A stretch of DNA of 63,626 bases, filler included, from Octopus bimaculoides (GCF_001194135.2; 8 parts of 8 records of this genome joined end to end with filler, not necessarily neighbours in it); one strand, 5' to 3'. Positions 1 to 13,836 are shown, counted from the whole stretch's first letter. Notes: generated by a model not told the origin, from the sequence alone. Numbers and translations are program-made.

Positions 1-789
1 GGATGGGTCTTCTTTAGCACAGCATATCACCAATCAACTTGCTTTTTTTTTCTCCAAGGTCAACTTTACCTTTTGTGAGGTGTCAATAAAAAAAATAGCA
101 CAAATTAGTGATTTGGTGGAATTGAGGATTGGGACAAGTTGTCTTGTGATATATATTCCAGGTTTTTTTGTCCCGACAGTAATGGTCTTGATAACACTGG
201 TGCCAAGGTGTATTGGTTCAAGTTGGAAGCTTTGGATAAACATCAATAGCATGAAATGGCAGATTTACATCCATGCTTATCTGCTAGTCCTCTCTGCCCC
301 CCCCCCCCAAAAAAAAACCTCGCCCAGGTTTACACAGATGTGTGCAGAGACATGATTGACCTTGACTGACAGAGGCCTTATAAATTCCTTGACACTCAGT
401 CTGCTCATGGTTAAATCTTTCTAGTCTGTTCAATCGGAAATAGACTGGGGTAGTTCCTTTTGGTATCCCACTATCTTGTAGTCCCTTTTCGTACCCCACT
501 TAAAAGTAAATACCAAGTTTTGTACCCCACCCTCTTGTGACACTGTCCATCCCTCTCATTAGAAATATTTCTGTGTGAGGCCATATTGTCTACATAATGT
601 TAATAATCTGGTAAGTCTTAATTCTTTTGATGCTAACCCATCTAAGAATGTCCCTGGTTCTATGTCTTAGTCATTTAAACTAATGCTGTCCATCAAAGCA
701 TCGTGGTAATTTATTTCAAACACCATCTTATTAATGACAGTTATTTTACTAAATTCTTCATTATTTTCAAAATTAACTGAAACAAGGGC

Positions 790-1080
790 AGGTGCTGCAT
801 GGCTTAGTGGTTTCAGGTGTGTTGCACTATCGATTGTGAGATTGTGGTTTTGATTTCCCGACGAGTTGCATTTTGTGTTCTTGAGCAAAACACTTCATTT
901 CACTCTGCTTCAGTCCACTCAGCTGTAAAGGGGTCCCCCTGCAATGGACTAACCTTCCGATCAGGGAAAAATGTTCGCGTGCTTGCCCAGCCAGTGGGGT
1001 GGCACGATTCAAAAGCTAAGACGATGCAAAGTGCATTGTGACCAGTGATGTATAACATCTGATAGTCTGGTCGATCATGT
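790..1080 (+). mobile_element. tRNA-derived SINE (degenerate), with a central domain resembling conserved CORE/Meta-type SINE domains
   Basis: A-box-like TGGCTTAGTGG; central CTTGAGCAAAACACTTCATTTCAC...CAGTCCACTCAGCTGTAAA segment. Confidence 0.5.
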
Positions 1081-1377
1081 GATCAAAATCACGTGAATTG
1101 ATGCAACAGAAGTATGGTTACAAAGAGATTAAAGTAATCTAGATTAAAACCTTCCTCAAAATTTCATGTTAATTCATGAACCCGACACCAAATCGATTGA
1201 AACAAAGGCATCGCAACAGAAATATGGTGACAAAAGGGTTAAAAGAGAGCATAAAAATTGTCCCTTTACCTTTACTTTCAACCTTAGAATTGTTGTACAC
1301 TCATACAAACATTCTAAATTTTTTGAACCTGAAAATCTTCACTAAATTCTAATCCTATCTTCAGACCCTTTAAAGTT

Positions 1378-1623
1378 CAGGATGTTCAAAACGTCTCTCA
1401 GCAGTGAATTTTTTTTTCATCCTGTGCATCACCATGGCACTACTTCAAGAGTTTTTCAGTGAATAGAATATTTTGAAGGGACTTTGGCCACAGAGATCAC
1501 CTGATTTAACACCACCAGACTTTTTTTCTTTTTTTGTCTGGGGAGCAAGTAAAGGATCAGTGTACAAGAATCGCCCAAAAACCATGACATACTTTACTGC
1601 AGAGAGACTTTTTGAACACCCTG
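1378..1623 (+). mobile_element. Internally deleted Tc1/mariner element (MITE-like)
   Basis: 31-bp imperfect TIRs at 1378-1408 (CAGGATGTTCAAAACGTCTCTCAGCAGTGAA) and 1593-1623 (TTTACTGCAGAGAGACTTTTTGAACACCCTG) followed by TA. The interior encodes WPQRSPDLTPPDF..VWG..KGSVYKNRP, a Tc1/mariner C-terminal motif. Confidence 0.85.
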
Positions 1624-1739
1624 TATAAGGAGTCAAAGGCTGAAACACTTTCCCAGGGAATAGGGGGTTTCTTCAGCTCTCCTTAGAATTTGTTGCTATC
1701 ATTTATCTTCTCACCTCTTTCTTTCAACAAACCTTTTAT

Positions 1740-2365
1740 ATTTTACTTATTTCAGTTATTAGACTGTGGCCATGCTAGAGCACTACCACGAAGAATTTTT
1801 AGTCGAATGAATCAGCCCTGCTACTTAGTATTTTTAAGCCTGATACTTATTCTATTGGTCTCTTTTGCTGAACTGCTAAGTTATGGGGTTTGTAAACTGT
1901 TGTGTCCTCCGTCTCCAGTGTCATGGTACCACCACGGTATTGTAACGAAAGGTTTAGATACACTGTACCAGTGTTGTAACAGTAAACAAGATAACGATGC
2001 AGCCGTAATAACAACGTAACGATCCAACAATCTCTTAACGAACCAACAATCAATTTTCCAAAGGAACCAACAACCAACCAACACCTTCCAACTTCACTGC
2101 AAATCCGACTCGAACTAACACACAAACTTCACTCTGACCACTGCTGTTTATAATTGCTCATAAGGGGACATCGTGACTCTCATCACAACATAAACACAAG
2201 ACCAATTGTCCAGTGGGGGTGGGGGATACATACTTTCAGTTTCCATCTACCATCCACTTACAAGGCTTTCGTTGGCCAAGGTTATAGTAGAAGACTCTTG
2301 CCCAAGGTGCCAAGATAGGAATGAAAGTAAACTTCTTACTACACAGCCATGCCTGCCCCTAGAAT
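1740..2365 (-). mobile_element. SINE family A copy, split by a ~300-bp insertion
   Basis: Tail at 1740-1900 and head at 2230-2365 match the full copy at 62972-63370. Confidence 0.7.
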
Positions 2366-2399
2366 GTTTTTTATTTTTGGTTGTTGCTAGTGCTGCCAG

Positions 2400-2655
2400 A
2401 CTGCCTCCGTGCAGGTGGCATGTAAAAAACACCTTTTGAGCGTGGTCGTTGCCAGTACCGTCTGACTGGCCCTCGTGCCAGTAGCATGTAAAAAGTACCC
2501 ACTACACTCTCGGAGTGGTTGGTATTAGGAAGGGCATCCAGCTGTAGAAACTTTGCCAGATCAGATTGGAGCCTGGTGCAGCCTTCTGGCTTGCCAGTCC
2601 TCAGTCAAACTGTCCAACCCATGCCAGCATGGAAAGCAGACGTTAAACGATGATT
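2400..2655 (+). mobile_element. RTE LINE 3' UTR fragment
   Basis: Matches the 3' end of the RTE at 21780-22270, ending AAACGATGAT. Similar tails at 6430-6590, 7015-7180, 13600-13790(-), 32290-32536(-), 33640-33880(-), 34000-34265, 46475-46990(-) and 49280-49435. Confidence 0.8.
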
Positions 2656-3244
2656 ATATTTCTTTAGATTTTTACAGGATTTTTTTTTTGCTATGACTGA
2701 CTGATTGCCCTTTCTAGATCTATAGGAAAGGAGATTGCTATTAATTTCCAATCATGTTGATTTAAGGCAAATAAAACATCATAAGTCAATAATCAATTGA
2801 TAATGATGCTAGGATTGATCACAGAAATGTATTTGTATAGATTCCATTCCTACATGAGAAAACCAGAAAGAATAAGGGACAACACGTTTCGGTAGGAATG
2901 TCACAGATATTTGGTCAAAGGAATAACATCATGTTCAAATCTCGCCTTTAGGTTTTATTCCACATTAAAAAAACAAAAAATAAACATACAAAGAATAAGA
3001 TGATCACACTGCTATTGTTGTTTAGCCCCAGGTCAATTCTCAGTGAGCAGGCTTATGATAAAAAACATACAGCTATAACCATCCTGTTTTTTTTTATTAA
3101 TCCAGATATTATCTCATACAAACATTATTTAATGTATAATGATTACACACACACACACTACAACAGGTTCAATGTCTGTGGGAACAAGTTGTTGGGCTGT
3201 TGATCATATGGTGGTGTTGCTGTGTACAATGGACATGTGGCATG

Positions 3245-3288
<44 letters not shown>

Positions 3289-4132
3289 TAGATTCAAAAA
3301 CTAGTGTCAGTGTGTCACACTTGGATTCCCTCTCAAGGACACTCCTACTATTCCTCATGATGGGAGTGAGTGTAATAGGCAAAGAGACAATGAGGGCGGT
3401 GGTGAAGACTGGGAGAGAGAAAGAGACAGAAATTTAGGGAGAGTTGATGTTTTATTAAAAGTAGTGTTGATGGTGGCAGTGGGAGTAATGAGAGAAAAAG
3501 AGTGGATACGTGAGAGAAAGAGGAAGATGATGTACAACTTTGTTTAACCATGTCTCTTTGACAAAATCCTGTTGCCAACATACTGAACACTATCATTTTT
3601 GTTATATTTTTTTGCTTTCTTTAATATATACACATATAAAATACACTTTAATTGAAATATAGTTTCCCCAAAATTAAACATGTCTAATATAATAAATGTA
3701 AATGTCTGTGTGTCACACTTTTTCAACTATAATAACTCCTTTCTACTGGAAGCACAAGGCCTCAAATTTTGAGGGAAGGGATTAAGTCAATTACATCAAC
3801 CCAGTACATAACTGGTACTAATTTTATCGACCCTGAATTCAAACTCAAAACCTAACAGCAGACGAAATACTGCTAAGCACTTTGCCCGGTGTCCTATTAT
3901 TGACTCTTGTTGTTGTTGAACCCCAAGTCATCTCTGATTGAGCAGACTTGTGGTGAAATGTATTTTTATGTCTTTGTCAATCTTCCTCAAGCTGACACCT
4001 TCCCAACTACAGGAATCCAGGTTCAGTCCTACTAGACGGCACCTTGGACTAGTGTCTTCCACTATAGCCCTAGGTCAATCAAAACCTTATGAGTGGATTT
4101 GAAAAATGGAAACTGAAAGAAACTTGTGTGTG

Positions 4133-4400
4133 TGTGGCTTAATGGTTAGGGTATTCAGCTCATGATCGTGAGGTTATGAGTTCAATTCCTGGTGGCATGT
4201 TTTGTCCTTCAGCAAGGCCCTTTATTTCACATTGCTGCAGTTCACTCTGCTGGCAAAAATGAGTTGTACCTGTATTTCAAAGGGTCAGCTTTGACACATT
4301 CTGTGTCAAAGCTGAATCTCTCTGAGAACTACGTTTAGGGTGTGCATGTCTGTGGAGTACTCAGCCACTTGCACATTAATTTCACAAGTAGGCTGTTCCA
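4133..4400 (+). mobile_element. tRNA-derived SINE with a perfect internal hairpin
   Basis: A box GTGGCTTAATGGTTAG, B box GAGTTCAATTCC, perfect 14-bp stem at 4285-4315; followed by (TG)n. Confidence 0.65.
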
Positions 4401-4406
4401 TTGATG

Positions 4407-4407
<1 letters not shown>

Positions 4408-4482
<75 letters not shown>
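4408..4482. repeat. (TG)n microsatellite
   Basis: Pure dinucleotide run. Confidence 0.95.
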
Positions 4483-4485
<3 letters not shown>

Positions 4486-4809
4486 TTATCTTCCCTGTTA
4501 TGCAACAATTATGAGCATCACTCATACAAGTAGTGCTGTTCACTTCCAATTTTCCATGAAAGCTTGTCCAGTTACGGTGGGACATTACCCTGCTTGGAAA
4601 CAAGTGAGGGTTGGTGACAGGAAGGGCATTCAACCATAAAAAAGAATCTGCCGCTACAAATTCTACCAAACCAAGCAAGCATGGAAGCCTGGTGACAATC
4701 AGCCTGTTGACAGTTTCAAATTAAAGTCATTGAAGGGTATACCAGTAGGTCGTTCAGCTTGAATGCTTTCCAGGTATTTCAACTGCAATGAATTCATTTT
4801 AGTTGTATT

Positions 4810-5222
4810 CTTTTACTTGTTTGTCACTTGACTGCGGCCATGCTGGAGCACCGCCTTTTGTCAAACAAATCGACCCAAGGACTTGTTCTTTGTAAGCCTA
4901 GTACTTATTATTCTATCAGTTACTTTTGCCGAACCGCTAAGTTACGGGGACGTAAACACACCAACATCGGTTGTCAAGCAATGGCAGGGGGACAAACACA
5001 TACACACACACACACATACATACACACACACATACATATACACACACACTCACACACACAATGGGCTTCTTTCAGTTTCCATCTACCAAATTCATCTACA
5101 AGGCTTTAGTCAGCCTGTGGCTATAGTAGAAGACACTTGCCCAAGGTGCCACACAGTTGGACTGAACCCAGAACCATGTGCTTGGGAAGGAAGCTTCTTG
5201 CCCCACAGCCATTCCTGTGCCT
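4810..5222 (-). mobile_element. SINE family A, full length
   Basis: Reverse complement of the tRNA head + central (CA)n + tail layout seen at 62972-63370. Confidence 0.85.
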
Positions 5223-5370
5223 GTTGATGTAATCAACACTGGCATTCCTAGAGATAAACTTCTTGACAATGTCCTAAATACATCCATTTAACAGACTATT
5301 TTTTCTTTGTGTAAAATAAATTGCTAAATAGAAATGAGTTGATGTGAATAAAATTAAATTAAACTATAAA

Positions 5371-5745
5371 GATGCAGACATGGCTGTGTGGTTAAGAAGC
5401 TTGCTTTTTAGCTACAGGGTTTCAGGTTCCATCTCACTGCACAGCACCTTTGCAAGTGTCTTCAAGCCCTAGCTTGACCAATGCCATGTGAGTGAATTTG
5501 GTTGACGGAAACTGTGAGGAAGCTCATTGAGTGTGCCTGTTTCTCAATCACTTGACAATTGGTATTTGTTTGTTTACATCCCTGTAACTTAGCAGTGTGG
5601 CAAGAGACCAAAGTACCAGACTTAAAAAAAAAAAAAAAACCCAAAAAGACAAAAACTAGATTGATTTATTTGACTGAAACCCTTCAAGGGGATGCCCCAG
5701 CATGGCCACAGTCCAATGAAAAGTAAAAGATAAATGATAAAAGAT
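5371..5745 (+). mobile_element. SINE family A, diverged full-length copy
   Basis: ATGGCTGTGTGGTTAAG head, GGTTCCATCTC B box, tail ending AAGTAAAAGATAAA. Confidence 0.75.
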
Positions 5746-8164
5746 AAACAAATCAATGAAATTCCAGTACCTTGTTTGTTTTTGTTGTTTTTTTTTAAAC
5801 GAGGCTGTTGTAAATGAAAGCTGTGATTGTCGGGTTGAGAATAGACAGATGAAAATTAATCTGATGTTAAGTACCTGTCTAACTGGCTAATTACACAGTT
5901 GCTCGTTACAGCTATTCACACATTAACTGAGTGTAAAGAAAATACTGCAAAGAACTCTAAGATTTTTTTCTATTATTATTATTATTATTGTTGTCGAAAA
6001 TATATTCCAAGCTCTTTCACTATAATTATCATGTTATATTTTATAAATCTGCCATAATTAAAACAACATCCATTATTAGCTTTGAGATTTCTTGGATTAT
6101 CCAGACAGTGTTTTTAGCACCTGACGACCGTCTTAAAGCCAACCACTGACCCAAGAAATATAATTAAATGGTACTATACCTATATTTTAAGTTGAGTATT
6201 TGATGTAATGTTTAGAGACATGGACCATTAAAGATAATAGAAAACTTTGAAACATTTGCTACACAGGCCATTGAAATGATTGGTAACTTTTAACATTTAA
6301 GGCATAAACCATTAAAAATATGAGGTATCTTAGTGTTAATCTTAAATGTTAATATTTAATAAATGAACCATTTAAAATAAGTAACTTAACATCTAACACA
6401 TCAGCCATTAAAAATATGCTGTATGAAGAAGCACCCAGTACACTCTATAAAGTGGTTGGCATTAGAAAGGGCATCCAGTCATAGAAACCATGCCAAAATG
6501 GACATTAGAATTTGGTGCAGTCTTCTAACTTGCCAGCTCCTGTCAAACTGTCCAACCCATGCCAGCATGGAAAACAGACATTACATGATGATTATATGAT
6601 CATAGATCAGTCGTTGTCAGTCTAGTTGAGTCTATTTTAATTAGTTTTTGAGTAATATCCGTAACAAGGACAATTGGCAGTGAGTGAGTGCCCTCTTGTG
6701 ACATTGTCTCTTCATTAAGGATGGTGATTATGGACAATGACATGTTAGCGACCAGGATGCCAACAGAAATAGGGCAGTGGAAATACGGAGTTAGCTACCT
6801 TTGTTTCAATTAAGTTTTGAAACATTACAAAAAACTTAATGTCTTTATTAACCCTTTCGATATCAACCTAGCTGAAACTGCCTCTGTTTTCAAAAGTTCT
6901 GAATTAAAATCTTCCACCAAACCTTAGTCACAATTTATGTTCCTTACACTAGCTTAATGATAACTAAGTTATTTTACTAAATTCTTTGTTATATTTAAAA
7001 TTAATTGAAAGAAAAAGCTCCCACTACACTCTTGGAGTGGTTGGCGTTAGGAAGGGCATCCAGCTGTAGAAGCTCTGCCAGATCAGATTGGGGCCTGAGG
7101 CAGCCTCCTGGCTTCCCAGACCCCAGTTGAACCATCCAACCCATGCCAGCATGGAAAACGGACGTTAAACGATGATGATGATATATATATATATATATAC
7201 ATATGAAGGGCTTCCACACAGTTTCTGTCTACGAAATTCGCTCACAAGACCTTGGTCGGCTTGAAGCTGTAGCAGAAGACACTTTTTTGTAGAGATGATG
7301 TTTAATTTATTGATTTTGTGATACAGAAGAAAGTATCAATATTAATTGCAGGTCATCGTTGCCAGTGGCAGAAACTATATTTTATTTTTGTGCTAATTCA
7401 ATTTTTATAGAATTTCTCTTGGATTTATTTTCGCATTATATAAAAACCATATTAAATGATAATAATAATAATAATAATAATAACAGAGCTATTGTATGGA
7501 AAGGTCTGTGAATAAATTAAATGAAGATATTAATGATGGCCCATAGCATTGTTGTTGATATCTTGGTTTGGTTTTACTCTTGACTCTTCTCCGTAGTTCA
7601 TAAATGGGAGGGAGAGAGAGAGAGAGGAGTGATAGAGAGAAAGGGGAGGGGGAAAATGTCTTGTTCTTCCTTCTCTTTTTTACTATGTGCACAAAGATTG
7701 TAAATTTGGTGCAGATCTTGTTGTCATTCCGTTGTCACGGCTTTCCACATCTCTCAACAAATTGCCTTGGACAGTGAGTAAGGCAGTTGGCCACATTGGC
7801 CCCACCACCACCAACAGACTGCCTCTCTGAACCTCCACACCAGGTGCCATGTGGTGTACAAGAATACGACACGCATGGTTGACGATGGGGTTGCCTTCAC
7901 AGCTGCAGCTCACTTGCTAGTTGAGGCCCAACCATTGTCTGATCGCATAGATCTTCTGTTTGGCAGCAATAATCTTTGAGCTGTTGGCCTAGGACACCTC
8001 CACCTTGTCGGTTATCCAACATCATTTTGTCCTTTCAGGATTGATAAATAAGTACCTTTTGCACACTTTGGTCAATGTAATCAACTTAACCCCTCCTCTG
8101 AAATTGCTGGCCTTGTGCCAAAATCTGAAATTAATATTAATGATAATTATTATTATTTAAATGG

Positions 8165-8370
8165 ATAAAGCGCCGAGCTGCTAGAATCGTTAGCACGCCA
8201 AGCGAAATGCTTAGCGGTATTTTGTCTGCCGCTACGTTCTGAGTTCAACTGAGGCCGACTTTGCCATTCATCCTTTCAGGGTCGATTCAATAAGTACCAG
8301 TTACACACTGGGCTTGATGTAATCGACTTAATCCCTTCCCCCAAATTTGAAGCCTTGTCCTTCCTGAAGA
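8165..8370 (+). mobile_element. SINE family B (AAGGCGGCGAGCTGGCAGAA head)
   Basis: GAGTTCAA B box and GGTCGACTTTGCCTTTCATCC body. Other copies at 3750-3890(-), 8590-8800, 23730-23940, 28245-28425(-), 40010-40220, 40430-40950, 55790-56230, 61435-61551(-) and 62865-62960(-). Confidence 0.85.
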
Positions 8371-11019
8371 AAGGATTATTATTTACATGGATCCAAGATC
8401 TTCTCTATCTTAAAATGGGTATCCTAGTCATTTACAGTGATTCTGGAAGTTATTTTGTCAATCTCTAAAGGATGAACTGTAAAGTCATCCCTTGTGGCAT
8501 TTGAACTCAATACCACTGCAAGACGTTGGGTCCTGCTCTTTACTGATTCAGCCAACATCTCCCGCCTTTCTTCAAACATTAATTAATATTTTTGGTGCTG
8601 GCTCAATCGTTAGGACATCAATCAAAATGCTTAGCACATTTCATCCGTCTTTACATTCTGAGTTCAAATTCTACTGAGGGTGACTTTGCTTTTACCCTTT
8701 TTTGTGGGGTCATAAAATACATACCAGTTGAGTACTGGGGTTGATGTGAAAGACTTACCTACTCCCTCGAAATTGTGGGCCTTGTGCCAAAACGTGAAAC
8801 CAATATTTTTGGTGTATTTTTTTTTTTTCCAGTCTTGTTAATGAATTTTTAGAAAAAAGTCTAAAATATTTTAGGAAAAAAGCAGAAAAATTATTAGAAT
8901 GATATATTAGTCACAAACAAATTTTGAGATTAATTAATTCCATTGATTGCAGTGGAAGTAGATCGAAGTAAACATCGGTGAACAAGTTATGTGATCTTCA
9001 GAAATCATTTTATGTACTTTAAAATTAAATTCCATGTGATAGAGGACATGTTCTCTTTTTTTCTCTCACTTGGAAAAATTAATTTTCTTATAAAAGCAAT
9101 CATCATCATAAGTCTGCTGACATGGGTGGAATGGTCCAACAGGAGCTGGCAAGGCCAGGAATCATACCGGGTTCCCTTCTGTTTGAGCACCTTGTGAGTG
9201 GATTTGGTAGACGGAAACTAGAAGAATCCCGTTGTATATGTATATATATGTATATGTGTGTGTGTGTATATGTTTGTCCTCCCCAACATCGCTTGACAAC
9301 CGATGCTGGTGTGTCTATGTCCCCATAACTTAGCGGTTTGGTAAAAGAGACCGATAGAATAAGTGCTAGGCTTACAATGAATAAGTTCTGGGGTCAATTT
9401 GCTTGACTAAAGGCAATGCTCCAGCATGGCTGCAGTCAAATGACTGAAACAGGTAAAAGAGTAAAGAGAGTATCACATTTGACACAATAATCTGAATGCT
9501 AAAGGGTTAAATATTTAAATTTTGGCTCAAGTCCCCCACCCCTTACACTCCTGTTCATTGGTGGGGGTGGAAGTTGGTGTTCTTCAGATATTTTCTTTTC
9601 AAAACAAAAAAGCTCAATCATCTTTTCTTTTACTTGGCACTGGACTAACCTGTCTCNNNNNNNNNNNNNNNNNNNNNNNNNNNNNNNNNNNNNNNNNNNN
9701 NNNNNNNNNNNNNNNNNNNNNNNNNNNNNNNNNNNNNNNNNNNNNNNNNNNNNNNNNNNNNNNNNNNNNNNNNNNNNNNNNNNNNNNNNNNNNNNNNNNN
9801 NNNNNNNNNNNNNNNNNNNNNNNNNNNNNNNNNNNNNNNNNNNNNNNNNNNNNNNNNNNNNNNNNNNNNNNNNNNNNNNNNNNNNNNNNNNNNNNNNNNN
9901 NNNNNNNNNNNNNNNNNNNNNNNNNNNNNNNNNNNNNNNNNNNNNNNNNNNNNNNNNNNNNNNNNNNNNNNNNNNNNNNNNNNNNNNNNNNNNNNNNNNN
10001 NNNNNNNNNNNNNNNNNNNNNNNNNNNNNNNNNNNNNNNNNNNNNNNNNNNNNNNNNNNNNNNNNNNNNNNNNNNNNNNNNNNNNNNNNNNNNNNNNNNN
10101 NNNNNNNNNNNNNNNNNNNNNNNNNNNNNNNNNNNNNNNNNNNNNNNNNNNNNNNNNNNNNNNNNNNNNNNNNNNNNNNNNNNNNNNNCATTGAGCTTTC
10201 CTTAAAAAAAAAAAAATTGTGTACACACACACACACACACATCAAAAACAACAAATGTCAATTAAACATACACGATGAATTCGATTGATGCTTAGTGTAA
10301 GTTTTAGATGGAAAAATAGGAATGAAAATGACATCTTGAGCAAGGCTCTTCATCCGAAAGAGGAAGAGCAATTCCACACAAAAGGAGACAAAAACTGGAA
10401 AATTATAATAAAACTGTGCTACCATAATTTATGTATTTTTATGTTCCCATGAACCAATAGGATTCAAAAAAGTTTAAAAAAAAAAAAAATTCTGCAGGAT
10501 TGTCATGTGACCAGGGCAGCCATCTTGGATCCAGTCGACTAGATGAGAATTTGATTGCAACTCAAAGAAAATAAACTTTCTATTTTGCAAAGATGTATTT
10601 TCAGGAAGAACTAGCTTAAAACTACAGTTTGGCAGGGTTATTTTTTGGAAGATCATCTTGCTTGTCAGCAAAAACAGAATTTACTGTGGCCATTAGAATT
10701 TGTTGTGCCAATTACATTTTGGGATTATAAGTTTAGTTTACAAAATCCTGACAAATAATTACTTTAAAACATTGCAACCATTATGACATACTATGATGGT
10801 GGGGGGTTCATTTTTATACACGGTGCTTTATATTTTCTTGAATATTAACAAGGGTCTTGTAACAAGACGTAACTGACACAACAGTAGGTATGTTGCATCA
10901 GTTATGCAAATGTTTTGTGAGGTTGCTCATATTACAACTGGGATACCTCGGACAGACCATACATCTGTGGTTATGATTCAACTCTAGTAAGTAAAATGAG
11001 CAAATGAGACAGTCTTACA

Positions 11020-11900
11020 AGAAGACTTCTCAGAAAACCTCAACCTAAAACATCTGGGTTTCAGATGGAGAAATATTCTTTGCAGCAGCACTAGCTCTTA
11101 TGTCGTGGTAAGTGATGATATGGTTTCAGAAGATGCTTTCAATAAAGCTGTACTTGTTGATGTTATGCAGGCTGCTACATTCTCCAAACACCACATGTTC
11201 AATGATGGAGCCGGTAGTCGGTTCAAGACCCGGTACACACTCTCTACAATGCTCCACCCACAAGATCTCCATCCACGTCTCTTGCAAATGGACTGGAGCT
11301 TCTTTGCCACTGGGTGGCACAAGAGGCACTGTTAAGCCTGTTATCTGGAGATGTATTCTCCAAACATGTACAGTTGTTAACTTGACCAGGCAATTTCGCA
11401 AAGCTGCTGGAGCTGCATGTCCAAACATCCATGTCTTGTATGTTTACCATGGGGCTGTGCGTGCTGTCAAGGTAGATCTTGAAAACCGATGGCTGAGACC
11501 TCTCTGAACAGTGCATTTGCAGGTAACTGCAGCAGTCCTATAATACACAAGTCACTGATCATAATGTGGCTGAAATTTCCATGGACAGTGCACAAGCAGA
11601 TAACTGTGGTCCCCCCCCCCCCCATGCAGTAGACAGTCACATCTTTGGCACAGGACAACTCTGTTCTGCAGGATGGGGATTAAACCACTGATGTGAAGAT
11701 AGGTCACTATGTGGTTGTCACATAGGACGATGTTTGGTGGCTGACCACTGTCATTGATAAGTTTGCTGTCAATAAGGATGTATATGTGGACTTCATGCAT
11801 GCCGGTGGACCCAATACTACCTCAAATTGGTCAACCACAAAAGACAGATGCTGGATACTGCTTGAAGATGTACTTGACTAATTTGGAGCAGACTTCTGTC
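11020..11900 (+). pseudogene. Degenerate Sola-like (probably Sola2) DDD transposase
   Basis: Ordered motifs across frameshifts: DFSEN (11024), NDGAGSRFK (11201), WSFFATG (11294), GTVK.VIWR.IL, CPNIHVLYV, and C-terminal V.FMH.GGP...W...DRCWI. Confidence 0.7.
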
Positions 11901-12617
11901 GTGTGCCTGCTGGGGCTAGAAAACCACCACATCAGGCCCTCCCCTTTCCAGACACTGTCCATTCTATTAACAAAACTTTTAGCTGTTACATCACATTTAA
12001 ACATCTAACTTAACATCCAATATATATAAAATGTCTAGATTGAATTATCTAAGACAGGGGTCAGGGAACTTTTTAAACCAATTCCCCCCCCCCCCCNNNN
12101 NNNNNNNNNNNNNNNNNNNNNNNNNNNNNNNNNNNNNNNNNNNNNNNNNNNNNNNNNNNNNNNNNNNNGAAGAAAATTATAGATTCTTTGAATTCAAAAG
12201 GTTTATTGAATCGATTTACATGTCCATTACATTGGACAGAAGCAGTGTTGCCAGAAGAAAAATTTCTCTCGTAACAAGGAACACATTTTTTATATAATTT
12301 TACTTATGTCTAATGAGTCCTCATTACCTCCAAGAATTTCATTTTTACCCCCACTTGGGGTAATTTACGCTGGTTTGCCAACTCCTGATCTAAGACATTA
12401 TGCATGTGCTGCAATAAGCTTCAAGAAACATTATTTGGAACTTTGTACTCAAGTGCAGCATATGTTTTGAATACATAACATGTTTTTTTACCATTTGATC
12501 AATTCCTCATGTTCCTGATTGATTAAAATTAAAATGTGGAATACTAATTGGTATCCGAGTGTCAGTGTTGCATCAGTTACATTTTACCAAAGGCACTACA
12601 GCATGTATTGAACAATA

Positions 12618-12850
12618 GTACATTATTTACATTCGACGGATATTTGTCGTCATTTTATTTGTTGTTAGCACATTTCACCTGATATACCTTCCAGCCTTCA
12701 TCAGGTGTCTTGGGGAAATTTTGAACTTGGGTTCTCATTCCTAAGGTATTTTTTAATGTTGTTGTTATTATCATTATTATTATTATTCAGGTCATTGCCT
12801 GGAATCGAACTCAGAATCTTGAGGTTAGTAGCTTGAGCTCTTAACCACTC
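12618..12850 (-). mobile_element. tRNA-like head + (AAT)n + hammerhead module, copy 3 (HHR decayed)
   Basis: Minus strand reads GAGTGGTTAAGAGCTCAAGCTACTAACCTCAAGATTCTGAGTTCGATTCCAGGC...GACACCTGATGAAGGCTGGAAGGTATATCAGGTGAAA; homologous to 49681-49925. Confidence 0.8.
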
Positions 12851-13562
12851 TTAAATAAACCGTTCAGCAAAAGAGATGGCAGACAAATGATGATGATGAT
12901 TAGGAAGGACTTCCAGCCATAGAAGCCATGCCAAAGTGGACAGTGAAGTACACTGTGTCCTTGGAGCAGTTGTATTCTGGCAAACCATCCCGCCCATGCC
13001 AGTATGGAGCATGGGCAGTAAATAGTTGCATACTCATGCACACATGCACATGCAAAATCAGACATGACGATGGCAACAGTGATGATGATGGCATAGCGAA
13101 AAGTACATTCCCAGTTTCATCATTTTCATATTTCCAATATGTCCGACTTGACAGAATCATGAACTTTACAATGGCCATGTTTGCTTATAAATTCCTGAAG
13201 GACATTAGTTATGTGGAGTTTGCCCAGTGGTGGTGGTGGGGGGGGGTTCGGAATTTGTTGAGGGGGAGATATGTTTTTTTAAAAAAAAATTTTTTTTAAT
13301 GTTGTTTTTGTAATGTTAATGCTAGTTTCTGATTGGCTGAAATTTATGTCATATTGCAGCCAGGGAGCTTTGTGGGTTTGCAGCCTCCCTTTTTTTTTTG
13401 TTTTTGATAATGTGTTCATGACATGGCTGTGTGGTAAGAAGTTTGCTTCCCAACCACATGGTTCCATGTTCAGTCCCACTGTGTGGTACCTTAGGCAAGT
13501 GTTTTCGACTATATCCTTGGACCAACCGGTCTTGTGGGTGATGAAAACTGAAAGAAGCCTGC

Positions 13563-13597
<35 letters not shown>

Positions 13598-13836
13598 GTA
13601 TCATCATCATCGTTTTATGTCTGCCTTCCATGCTGGCATGGACAGTTTGACTGAAGACTGGTGAGCCAGAGGCTGCACCAGGTTCAATCTGATCTGGTAA
13701 AGTTTCTACAGCTGGATGCCCTTCCTAACGCCAACCACTCTGAGAGTGTAGTGGGTGCTTTTACATGTCACTAGCATGAGGGCCAGTCTCTTCTCTTCTT
13801 CTCAAGCTTCCTTTATTAACTTTTGTTTCTATTTGG

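Noticed and set aside
1-480. Possible transposase C-terminus on the minus strand
   Set aside because: Only vague motif resemblance with several stops; not supportable.
563-610. 48-nt exon candidate KYFCVRPYCLHNVNNL with GTAAGT donor
   Set aside because: Weak acceptor, no recognisable domain, expected by chance.
7690-8030. GC-richer coding-like stretch
   Set aside because: Stops in all long frames and no recognisable motif; probably a decayed retroelement.
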